DNA from: a bacterium
Lineage (GTDB): Bacteria > Patescibacteriota > Saccharimonadia > Saccharimonadales > UBA4665
Assembly: GCA_010027485.1 (NCBI GenBank)
Contig: RGVC01000001.1
Span: 1-39,778 of the forward strand
Direction: 5' to 3'
DNA length: 39,778 bases
Part shown: piece by piece, positions 1-8,207 of the stretch
Position numbering within the stretch: the first letter of the stretch is position 1
How the letters are laid out: every line of letters starts with the position of its first letter
Notes under the pieces: generated by a model
What the model saw: only the letters and a program-made list of their open reading frames with translations
Database searches by the model: none
Told to the model about the DNA's origin: nothing
Position numbers and translations under genes: made by a program

Positions 1-2
1 CT

Positions 3-1295
3 CAAGGAACGCTGGCTTCACAGTTACTGGGTTTCGTCGATGATGAGGGTAATGGCAAATATGGCATAGAACAGTATCTGAATAAGGAATTAAGAGGTGT
101 AGACGGTAAATTAAAAGCCATCACTGATGCCAACGGAGTGCCTCTCGCGGCAAGTAATAGCAATGTTAAGAAATCACCAAAGAACGGAAATAATTTAGTC
201 CTTACTGTCGATCTAGCATTACAGCAAAAACTCGAAAGTATATTGGTTGATGGTATCAAAAATTCCAAGGCTGCCTCGGGCAGTGCTTTAATACTCGATG
301 CCAATACCGGCGCCGTGAAGGCAATGGCTAATTCTCCTACTTATGACCCGGCTAAATACTACGAAGTAGAAAACGGTGAGCTGTTTTCTAATTCTGCCGT
401 GGCCCATCCAATTGAAATAGGATCAACTATGAAACCTCTGACCACCGCAGCAGGGCTAGACAAAGGATCATACAATGCCAAAACAACTTATTACGACCCA
501 GCTTCTTGGACAGTTAATGAATTTAAAATTAAAAATATCGAAGAAGACGGCGGGGCAGGCACCCGAAGCATAGCTGATATCTTAAATCTTTCATTAAATA
601 CCGGAGCAACTTGGGAGCTTATGCAAATGGGTGGTGGTCAGATAAATAGCAAGGCTAGAGAAACATGGTACGACTACATGACCAAACACTTCATGTTCGG
701 TAAACAAACAGGCATAGAGCAAGGGTATGAAGCTTCGGGTATTGTTCCAAGTCCCAAAGAAAACGGTGCTGGCATAAATTTGACCTATGCCAATACTAGT
801 TTTGGCCAGGCTATGACGGCTACTCCAATACAGCTAGCTTCTGCCACAGCTGCAATGGTCAACGGCGGTAAGTATTATCGGCCATATCTTGTTGAGCAGA
901 AGACCGATACTAACGGTAACAAAACCTACACCAAGCCCCAAGTTATTAAAAAGGATGTACTCAGCCCTAATGTGTCCAAAGAAATGGTGCCGTTACTAGA
1001 GAATGTAGTCAATAATCATAATTTTGCTAAAAAGTTCGATCAAAGCGCTTTTAGTGTTGGCGGCAAGACCGGTACGGCCCAAATTGCTAAACCAGGTGGC
1101 GGTTATTACGAAGATAAGTTTAACGGTACTTATATGGGTTTTGTGGGTAATGAAAAACCGCAATACGTGATTGTAGTGTTTGTCTTCAAGCCAACAATTG
1201 GCGGTTATGCTGGATCAGCAGCAGCCATGCCAATATTCGGTAACCTGGCTCATATGTTAATTGACGAATCGTATGTTAGCCCGAAGCAAAATTAA
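3..1295 (+). CDS. ftsI: Class B penicillin-binding protein / peptidoglycan transpeptidase (FtsI/PBP2 family), 5'-truncated by the window edge
   Basis: Frame is open from base 3 (QGTLASQLLGFV...GKYGIEQY). Contains the SxxK (GSTMK), SxN (SLN) and KTG (GGKTGTAQ) motifs and sits first in the dcw cluster. Confidence 0.9.
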   Translation, partial: QGTLASQLLGFVDDEGNGKYGIEQYLNKELRGVDGKLKAITDANGVPLAASNSNVKKSPKNGNNLVLTVDLALQQKLESILVDGIKNSKAASGSALILDANTGAVKAMANSPTYDPAKYYEVENGELFSNSAVAHPIEIGSTMKPLTTAAGLDKGSYNAKTTYYDPASWTVNEFKIKNIEEDGGAGTRSIADILNLSLNTGATWELMQMGGGQINSKARETWYDYMTKHFMFGKQTGIEQGYEASGIVPSPKENGAGINLTYANTSFGQAMTATPIQLASATAAMVNGGKYYRPYLVEQKTDTNGNKTYTKPQVIKKDVLSPNVSKEMVPLLENVVNNHNFAKKFDQSAFSVGGKTGTAQIAKPGGGYYEDKFNGTYMGFVGNEKPQYVIVVFVFKPTIGGYAGSAAAMPIFGNLAHMLIDESYVSPKQN

Positions 1296-1335
1296 TGATA
1301 AAAAATGATATAATTTAAAGATATAGGAACCAAAA

Positions 1336-2373
1336 ATGGACACAATTAGTTTAAGTATTACAGCCGATAACCTGAAGATGATATTGTCTCTTGGTTTTTT
1401 GAGTTTCTTGGTTTGTATGGCATTAACTCCGCTTTACACCACTATTGCCTATAAAAGACAGTGGTGGAAAAAGCAGCGTACCGAGGCATGGGGCGGGGGC
1501 AAGGCGCCAGTCTATCAGAAATTACATGCTGCCAAACACAAACGTAACATTCCAACCATGGCTGGACTTATATTTGTGATTGCTATAGCCGCTGTTACAC
1601 TTGTTTCTAATCTCAGTAGAGGCGAAACGTGGCTACCTCTAGCTGGCCTTATTGCCGCAGCATTTATAGGTCTTCTAGATGATTTAACAAATATCCGCAG
1701 TACCGGCGGCGTTGCTGGCATGGCCGCTAAAACCAAATTTATTTTATATAGCTTAATTATTTTTGCTGGTGGTTGGTGGTTCTGGGACAAGCTAGATGTT
1801 AGCTCTATTTATTTACCAGGCTTAGGCCAGTGGCATATTGGTTTTTTGATTATACCTCTGTTTTGGCTAGTAGTTATCGCTACAGCTAATTCCGTTAATA
1901 TAACTGATGGCCTTGATGGTCTAGCAGGTGGGCTACTAACTTCGTCATTCACGGCTTACGCCATAATTGCGGCCGTTGAACATAAATTTGCACTTGCAGG
2001 ATTCTGTTTAACGGTAGTCGGGGCCTTGCTGAGCTATACCTGGTTCAATATATATCCAGCTCGTTTTTTGATGGGAGACGTTGGGTCTTTTGCTCTGGGT
2101 ACTTCACTCGGCATAATTGCGCTTATGACAGATACAGTCTATGTCCTACCAATTATTGGTGCTGTTTATGTCATGGAGACTGGGTCGGTTATTGTCAATC
2201 GTCTTTCTCGTAAGTTCAGAAATGGCAAAAAAGTCTTTTTATCTTCTCCTATACATCATCACTTCGAGGCAATTGGTTGGCCCGAAACAAAAGTTACCAT
2301 GCGCTTTTGGATATTAGGACAGATGTTTACAGTAGTCGGATTAATCATATTCATTATTGGGCGATCAGGCTGA
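1336..2373 (+). CDS. mraY: Phospho-N-acetylmuramoyl-pentapeptide transferase
   Basis: Multi-TM protein with PTMAG, GLLDD, NSVNITDGLDGL, FLMGDVGS and PIHHHFE motifs. Confidence 0.96.
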   Translation: MDTISLSITADNLKMILSLGFLSFLVCMALTPLYTTIAYKRQWWKKQRTEAWGGGKAPVYQKLHAAKHKRNIPTMAGLIFVIAIAAVTLVSNLSRGETWLPLAGLIAAAFIGLLDDLTNIRSTGGVAGMAAKTKFILYSLIIFAGGWWFWDKLDVSSIYLPGLGQWHIGFLIIPLFWLVVIATANSVNITDGLDGLAGGLLTSSFTAYAIIAAVEHKFALAGFCLTVVGALLSYTWFNIYPARFLMGDVGSFALGTSLGIIALMTDTVYVLPIIGAVYVMETGSVIVNRLSRKFRNGKKVFLSSPIHHHFEAIGWPETKVTMRFWILGQMFTVVGLIIFIIGRSG

Positions 2374-2400
2374 AACTAATCATAAAATAAAAACAAAAAA

Positions 2401-3645
2401 ATGAGACCACAAAATACAATTAGACACAGACAACGACAACCACTTTTCACTAGTCAATTATCGCTGGGTAGAAAACACCGCCCTGACTATTCTGTGCTTA
2501 TTCTATCGATTACTTTACTAGTAATTGGTCTAGTCCTTGTTTATGCGCTTGGACCGGCTCTAGGGGCCTCAAAACACGTCAGTAACTCATTTTTCTTGAA
2601 TCGCCAGATAATTGCCATTGCACTTAGCCTCATTGCTTTCTTAATCGCCGCTAAGGTGCCGTTTGAATGGTGGCGTCAGGTTTACAAACCCTTGCTAGGG
2701 ATTGCTATAATCGCCACAATGATAGCGCTTCTTATGCCAGTTAACCCAGCCTATCCGGCACACCGCTGGGTGCGTCTAGGAAGTTTATCTTTTCAGTCCG
2801 TAGAACTAGTTAAGTTTGCAGTAATGATATGGATGGCAGGATTTCTATCAGAGTGTATTGCCAGGGGACAAATCACCAATTTCAAAGCCGCTCAACAGCC
2901 TATAATAATCGCTCTTGGGGCAATTGCCTTAGTTGTAGCAGGTATTCAAAGTGACCTTGGCTCTTTTGGCGTAATTGCTTTAATGGCTTTATCGATGTTG
3001 ATGGTTGCGGGCGTCCCGCTAAAAAAGATTTTTATCTTTGGAGCCATAGGCCTAGTGGTTGGTTCGTTATTTATTATGTCTACTCCTTATCGTCGCTCAC
3101 GTATCGAAACCTTCATAAACCCATCAGCTAAATGCCAGACAACAGGCTATCAGGCTTGTCAGGCCTTAATTACAGTCGGTTCTGGTGGCATAGTTGGATT
3201 AGGTCTAGGGGGCAGTGTCCAGGCTTATGGTTATCTTCCAGAAGCAGCCAACGATTCTATATTCGCAATATACGCCGAAAAGTTTGGCCTAATAGGTTGT
3301 TGGATCTTGTTGGCATTATTTGTTTGGCTTTTTTCTAAAATTAAATTTATTGCTGAAATGTCGACCGACAATTTTACACGCCTAATTGTAGTTGGCGTAT
3401 TGACTTGGCTGAGCGTGCAATCAGCAGTTAATATTGGCGCCATGTTAGGCCTGGCACCCCTGAAAGGAATCACACTACCGTTTATAAGCTACGGCGGTAC
3501 CAGTGTTGTGTTTATAGCGCTTGCCATGGGCTTAGTGTTCCAAGCCTCGCAGTACACAGCTTTTAGCGCCACTCGAGAAAATTCATCTAATCCACGCCGT
3601 CCACATTTACAAAGTAATCGACCTAACAGAGGCATGAATCAGTGA
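2401..3645 (+). CDS. ftsW: SEDS-family peptidoglycan glycosyltransferase FtsW
   Basis: RWVRLG-FQSVELVK, QSDLG, LPEAANDSIFA and KGITLPFISYGGTS motifs; located between mraY and murG. Confidence 0.92.
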   Translation: MRPQNTIRHRQRQPLFTSQLSLGRKHRPDYSVLILSITLLVIGLVLVYALGPALGASKHVSNSFFLNRQIIAIALSLIAFLIAAKVPFEWWRQVYKPLLGIAIIATMIALLMPVNPAYPAHRWVRLGSLSFQSVELVKFAVMIWMAGFLSECIARGQITNFKAAQQPIIIALGAIALVVAGIQSDLGSFGVIALMALSMLMVAGVPLKKIFIFGAIGLVVGSLFIMSTPYRRSRIETFINPSAKCQTTGYQACQALITVGSGGIVGLGLGGSVQAYGYLPEAANDSIFAIYAEKFGLIGCWILLALFVWLFSKIKFIAEMSTDNFTRLIVVGVLTWLSVQSAVNIGAMLGLAPLKGITLPFISYGGTSVVFIALAMGLVFQASQYTAFSATRENSSNPRRPHLQSNRPNRGMNQ

Positions 3646-4805
3646 AAAAACCCATAATCGTTCTAACAGGTGGCGGCTCGGGTGGGCACATAACTCCTAT
3701 CTTGGCGGTGGCTGCTGAAATTAAAAATAAACAACCCGATTGCAAGCTCATTTACATCGGTCAAACAGGCGACCCTCTAGGAGATTTACCGTCTAAAGAC
3801 GTCAATATCGATAAAACATATACAGTCAGAGCAGGGAAGTATCGTCGTTATCACGGCCAAGGAGTTAAACGGTTTTTTGATATTAAAACTTTGATCCTAA
3901 ATACTAGAGACATTTTTTACATATTAGCAGGCCTTTTTCAAAGTTATTTTTTAATTCGTAAACTCCGACCAGATGTAATTTTTAGCAGGGGAGGGTATGT
4001 CAGTGTCCCGGTGTGCATTGGCGGTAAACTTAACAACGTTTCTTATATTACTCACGACTCCGATAGTATCCCGAGTTTAGCTAATCGTTTGATTGCAAGA
4101 TGGGCAACATGGCACGCCGTGGCTCTACCGGCTAACATCTATCCTTACCCAAAAGCTAAAACTATCACCGTTGGAGTGCCAATTAATCAAGAATATAAAA
4201 CAGTTAGTGCTGAGCAAAAATTAAGCTTCATGTCCGAAATTGGAGTACCAAAAAATAGCCAGATACTGCTTGTAACTGGTGGCGGAAATGGTGCAGAAAA
4301 TCTCAATAGTTCCATTGTTAACTGTAGTCATGAACTTCTTAGTAAATATCCTAGCCTTTATATAGTTCATTTTGCTGGTCGAAGTTTATTAGATTCAGTC
4401 AAAAATGACTATCAAGCTGTTTTGAGTCCAGATCAGTTTAAAAGAATTAAGGTTTTTGGTTATGCTACTGATCACTACAAATACAGCGGCGCTGCCGATT
4501 TAATTGTTGCCAGAGGCGGAGCTACAAGTTTGGCAGAAATTGCGGCCCAGGCTAAACCTTGCATAGTAATCCCTTCACCACAGTTAATCTGGAATGTTAA
4601 AAACGCTCAAACTCTAGAAAAAATGCATTCAGCCATACTCTTGCAGGAGAAGAACCTTAAACACGGCAGTTTGCTCGCCGAAAAAGTTTCCGAGCTTCTA
4701 AACGATCAAAGTCTGCAAAAAGAACTATCTAAAAATATTCATTCCTTATCTAAACCGCAGGCCGCTAATGATCTTGCGAATTTAATAATTAAATCAACCA
4801 ACTGA
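3642..4805 (+). CDS. murG: Undecaprenyl-PP-MurNAc-pentapeptide GlcNAc transferase
   Basis: TGGGSGGHITP, RGGYVS, TGGGNGA and RGGATS motifs; GTG start overlaps the ftsW stop. Confidence 0.95.
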   Translation: MKKPIIVLTGGGSGGHITPILAVAAEIKNKQPDCKLIYIGQTGDPLGDLPSKDVNIDKTYTVRAGKYRRYHGQGVKRFFDIKTLILNTRDIFYILAGLFQSYFLIRKLRPDVIFSRGGYVSVPVCIGGKLNNVSYITHDSDSIPSLANRLIARWATWHAVALPANIYPYPKAKTITVGVPINQEYKTVSAEQKLSFMSEIGVPKNSQILLVTGGGNGAENLNSSIVNCSHELLSKYPSLYIVHFAGRSLLDSVKNDYQAVLSPDQFKRIKVFGYATDHYKYSGAADLIVARGGATSLAEIAAQAKPCIVIPSPQLIWNVKNAQTLEKMHSAILLQEKNLKHGSLLAEKVSELLNDQSLQKELSKNIHSLSKPQAANDLANLIIKSTN

Positions 4806-4812
4806 ATAATAG

Positions 4813-5727
4813 ATGTTATTTAGCAGAAAAAAACCTACTATATCACGCCAGCGCAAGATTAATGTGCCTCTCAGCCCAAATCCAGAGAATATGGCTAATC
4901 AAACCAGGCGGTCTAGTTTAAATCGCCCAAATACCATAAAGAAAACACCAGCCATGGGCTCTTCGAGCCGCCTCAGGGCTTTTTTAAGCAGACTAGGCGT
5001 ACTGTTATTGATTATTGGACTAGGACTAGTGCTGTACTTCGTAACTAGTTTAAGTGGCCAGCCCAGTGTCAAAGTTGTGCCTAATGACTACCAGCTCCTC
5101 CTTAGAGATCCTGCCATTTACCAACAATACGCTGACCAGTTTCTTGGAAAGTCAGTGTTTAATAAGAGTAAATTAACAATTAACTCAAAAGGCTTAAGTC
5201 GAGATATGACCAAACAATATCCTGAATTAGCCATGGCTTCAGTAAACCTGCCATTATTGTCTAATCGACCAGTTGTCAATGTGGAGGCTGCACCAGTAGC
5301 TTTGATATTAACTAGCTCAAGCGGAGTTTATGCCATTGGCTACAACGGTAAAACACTCGCCTCAACTGACGACATTCCGTCTGTAAGATCAATGCGTCTG
5401 CCAAAAGTCGGTGACTCAGGTGGCATCAATATTGCTCCTGGACAGCAGGCTTTATCATCTTCCAATGTTCACTTTATAGTTAACGCAATCAAAATACTGG
5501 AAGCTAAAGGCTTCAAGGCAACATCGACAAATATCAATAACGCTTCATCAGAGCTAGATATCAATATCGACGCCAAGCCCTATATAATTAAATTTAATTT
5601 ACAAAGTGATACTCCAAAAGAGCAGGTGGGTACACTACTAGCCACACTCAAACAGCTACAAAAAGACAATATCGAACCAACCAAATACATAGACGTTCGT
5701 GTTTCAGGCCGAGCTTATTACCAGTAA
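4813..5727 (+). CDS. FtsQ/DivIB-like cell division protein (divergent)
   Basis: Basic cytoplasmic N-terminus, one TM helix and a C-terminal YIDVR motif (FtsQ YxDLR-like); follows murG. Confidence 0.7.
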   Translation: MLFSRKKPTISRQRKINVPLSPNPENMANQTRRSSLNRPNTIKKTPAMGSSSRLRAFLSRLGVLLLIIGLGLVLYFVTSLSGQPSVKVVPNDYQLLLRDPAIYQQYADQFLGKSVFNKSKLTINSKGLSRDMTKQYPELAMASVNLPLLSNRPVVNVEAAPVALILTSSSGVYAIGYNGKTLASTDDIPSVRSMRLPKVGDSGGINIAPGQQALSSSNVHFIVNAIKILEAKGFKATSTNINNASSELDINIDAKPYIIKFNLQSDTPKEQVGTLLATLKQLQKDNIEPTKYIDVRVSGRAYYQ

Positions 5728-5813
5728 GCCCCCCGTTATTCTACCCCTCTAGTTCGTATTTTGTTCATATAAAATAATTAATCTATTTATGAAAAACATA
5801 TATTAACATACAA

Positions 5814-5906
5814 AAAACGTGAAATGTCAAAAAAACGTGAAAAACGTGAAAAGGCAGGGGAATAATAAAAATGTGAATAAAACACTAAAAAAGGTATATT
5901 TTCACG
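5814..5906. repeat. Clustered AAAACGTGAAA motifs
   Basis: Exact copies at 5814-5824, 5832-5842 and 5841-5851; a degenerate copy at 5868-5878; an inverted core TTTTCACG at 5899-5906. Confidence 0.75.
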
Positions 5907-6100
5907 ACAAAACTGTGGAAAAGTCAAATTGTGTTTAGTATCACATCCAGACACTAGGCTAGTAATGATCCATGTAGCTTATTAATATATAGCAAGATGC
6001 ACGAGAAGAGTAACTAAACCATTTTTATAAAAATACCATCATACATAGAAACACTCCCCTATAACAGGGGTATCAGTAGTCATCTATTAACGCTATATTA

Positions 6101-6128
6101 AAGTCGCAAAATATACATTGTGCGACAT
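6101..6128. other. Putative dif (Xer chromosome dimer resolution) site
   Basis: Minus strand reads ATGTCGCACAA-TGTATA-TTTTGCGACTT: 11-6-11 layout, spacer identical to E. coli dif, 18/28 identity overall and 16/18 in the core. Lies at the gene-orientation switch. Confidence 0.75.
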
Positions 6129-6273
6129 TGTGTCTATGGCTGGATGGGTGCTCTTCTGCCTATGTTGATGGCTCTATTTTCTCTATATATAATTTTCAAT
6201 TTTTTTTAAAACCCTACCACTCTACTATTTGCTAGCCTGCGTTTTTCTATTTTATGTTCGTATTTTGTTTGGT

Positions 6274-6924
6274 TTAGAAACGCGTATAATTTTTGATTTG
6301 ATGGAAACTGCCATAGCCTGCTACTGAAATAGGCGTGGCTTCCTGGATCTCATGCATATCGGCATTGAATGTATGCATCAACCGACTATAAGGATCGTCA
6401 TAATCATCAAAATTATTACAAATAACCCCGGCTAGTAATGATCTGTCTCCTTGGATGCTGTCATTGTAGGTATTCTCACATCTAACAGCCCATGAGTCAT
6501 TTAGGAGCTGATTACCAATAAAACCTAATAACTCGTCATTTAAGGCTTTGATAGGCTGTAATTCGCTGTTTGAGGGGCTTGTTTCTGCATCAGTGATGGT
6601 TTCTAGAAAATAATGACGCCGACTATTTTCTTTCGGGAAATAAGCATCTTGGCTGTCAGGACGATGAATACTGGCTTTGGCCATAATAATGCCAGTTTTT
6701 TGCGCACCTAGGCCGTAAGCTTTATAGATAACGTGAGGATTACTCTCGTCGGCAGCGTATCTAGGCTTCAAATGCATTAATTCAATCAGACGATCTTCGT
6801 AAAAAACACCTTTCAGGTAGAAGCTTGCTTCATCAAATATATCATCTGCAGTTGTTTTCAGACATTCCGGCGCAGTCATATTGTTTTCTGGAATATCGTA
6901 TTCGAAGTATTCTTGGGAGCTCAT
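6274..6924 (-). CDS. Hypothetical protein (acidic, no recognised domain)
   Basis: 216-codon ATG ORF filling the space between the dif region and the next gene. Confidence 0.6.
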   Translation of the reverse strand: MSSQEYFEYDIPENNMTAPECLKTTADDIFDEASFYLKGVFYEDRLIELMHLKPRYAADESNPHVIYKAYGLGAQKTGIIMAKASIHRPDSQDAYFPKENSRRHYFLETITDAETSPSNSELQPIKALNDELLGFIGNQLLNDSWAVRCENTYNDSIQGDRSLLAGVICNNFDDYDDPYSRLMHTFNADMHEIQEATPISVAGYGSFHQIKNYTRF

Positions 6925-6966
6925 GGCGATTCTTTGGCGGGTTTTTTGATTAGACTTTTGCTTAGT

Positions 6967-8022
6967 TTAGCTAGCTAAGACTTCTTCGTCGATAGTGTAT
7001 GTAGCTTTAGCTACACGTTTGAATTGGTCTTTGCCTTGTAAGTTTAATAATATAGTAGTTTCTTTTACGAAACGACTCTTGAGTACTCGTTTGACGATTT
7101 CGTCTCTGTGAAGTGGCTCGCTAGCTTCTTTCAGTACCTCTGTAATCATATCTGCTACAGTGCCCTTTTTGTAGCCCCACTCTTTTAGTGCATAAATGCC
7201 TCGACCGATTAGTACGAAGCGGCTATCTTTGATAAGTTCGTTGTGGATGGCTTGAGTGGTAACGTCTTTACGCTTGAAGTCACTTTCTTTGATGGCTTCA
7301 GCGATTTCATTAAAGTGCATTTGACTGCCGTTTTCTTTGAGAATAACGTAGATTTTATCGCGAATGTTCTTAGGGTTGACTAATGGCCATTTGGTTAGTC
7401 CCCAGCGACCATTAAGCGTAGCAAGCTTCTTAGATAAACTGGCTAGGGCTGCTGCCTTGACTGGTTGGTCAATTTTGGCTGCAACGGCGATCTCTTCGAT
7501 TGGTAGCGGTTCGCCTAGGGCTTTTACGCTGTCAATTAGGCTGTTAATTTGTTTTTTAATATTACTCTCGCTGTATACTTTGGCGATAGCTGCACCGCTG
7601 TAGAAATTGTCGTCTTCGGATATGAAACTGAGCTTACTGCAGAGCTGGCATAAGAAGGCTATTCTGGACTGTTCTTCCCTGTCGGTGTTGCCTGTAAGTT
7701 GGTTGGTAATCACCTTGATTCTTGCGGAATCTCCACTGCCTTCTAACATAGTAATAATCTGACTTTCAAAGTCTGCTAGATGAGGCAAACTACCCTTCTC
7801 CGCTGTTTGACGTAGTTTAATAAGCACTGATTTTTCTAGTTGTCTAACTCTTTCCCTGGTAATGCCGAGCATTTCTCCAATTTGTTCTAGAGTTTCTTTA
7901 CGATCGAATAAACCAAAACGCCGCCCAATAATTTCTTGTTCTCTTTCTCTGTCTATAGAGGCTAAAATGTCTCTAACTATGTTTTCGGAACTAAACTGTG
8001 GGGTTGTTGCGGTTTCTGTCAT
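6967..8022 (-). CDS. Sigma70 region-4-like HTH fused to C-terminal winged HTH (HARE-HTH / RNAP delta-like) domains
   Basis: N-terminal RRFGL...TLEQIGEMLGITRERVRQLE; C-terminal MHFNEIAEAI...AIHNELIKDSRFVLIGRGIYALKEW plus a second wHTH; no sigma region 2. Confidence 0.8.
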   Translation of the reverse strand: MTETATTPQFSSENIVRDILASIDREREQEIIGRRFGLFDRKETLEQIGEMLGITRERVRQLEKSVLIKLRQTAEKGSLPHLADFESQIITMLEGSGDSARIKVITNQLTGNTDREEQSRIAFLCQLCSKLSFISEDDNFYSGAAIAKVYSESNIKKQINSLIDSVKALGEPLPIEEIAVAAKIDQPVKAAALASLSKKLATLNGRWGLTKWPLVNPKNIRDKIYVILKENGSQMHFNEIAEAIKESDFKRKDVTTQAIHNELIKDSRFVLIGRGIYALKEWGYKKGTVADMITEVLKEASEPLHRDEIVKRVLKSRFVKETTILLNLQGKDQFKRVAKATYTIDEEVLAS

Positions 8023-8064
8023 AATGCTTATTCTTCCCTGTTAATAATATGTCTTATAACTATT

Positions 8065-8093
8065 ATTATAGTACTATTTAATATAATTGTCAA
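8065..8093 (-). promoter_or_regulatory. Perfect sigma70 promoter for the 6967..8022 gene
   Basis: Minus strand TTGACA (8093-8088), 17-nt spacer, TATAAT (8070-8065). Confidence 0.85.
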
Positions 8094-8104
8094 TTTTATA
8101 TGAA

Positions 8105-8140
8105 CTACAATAATATTGTAGCACAAAACTGACAGTTTTG
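8105..8140. promoter_or_regulatory. Two adjacent 17-bp palindromes, candidate operators
   Basis: CTACAATA-A-TATTGTAG (8105-8121) and CAAAACTG-A-CAGTTTTG (8124-8140), just upstream of the -35. Confidence 0.55.
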
Positions 8141-8207
8141 CGTAGTCTATGGTATGGGAATACTACAAGAGCACTATTTCATTATGTTGCAAGGCCTAGC
8201 TAAAGTT

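Larger units (their letters stand above)
5752..6269 (+). repeat. 14-bp direct repeat GTTCGTATTTTGTT at both ends of the intergenic gap (5752-5765 and 6256-6269)
   Basis: Exact copies read from the sequence. Confidence 0.8.

Noticed and set aside
5728..6273. oriC interpretation of the AT-rich gap (DnaA-box-like TGTGGAAAA at 5914-5922; local C-rich to G-rich shift)
   Set aside because: Only one DnaA-like box, no dnaA/dnaN nearby, genes converge rather than diverge, and dif-like and KOPS-like signals fit a terminus. Whole-genome skew is needed to exclude it fully.
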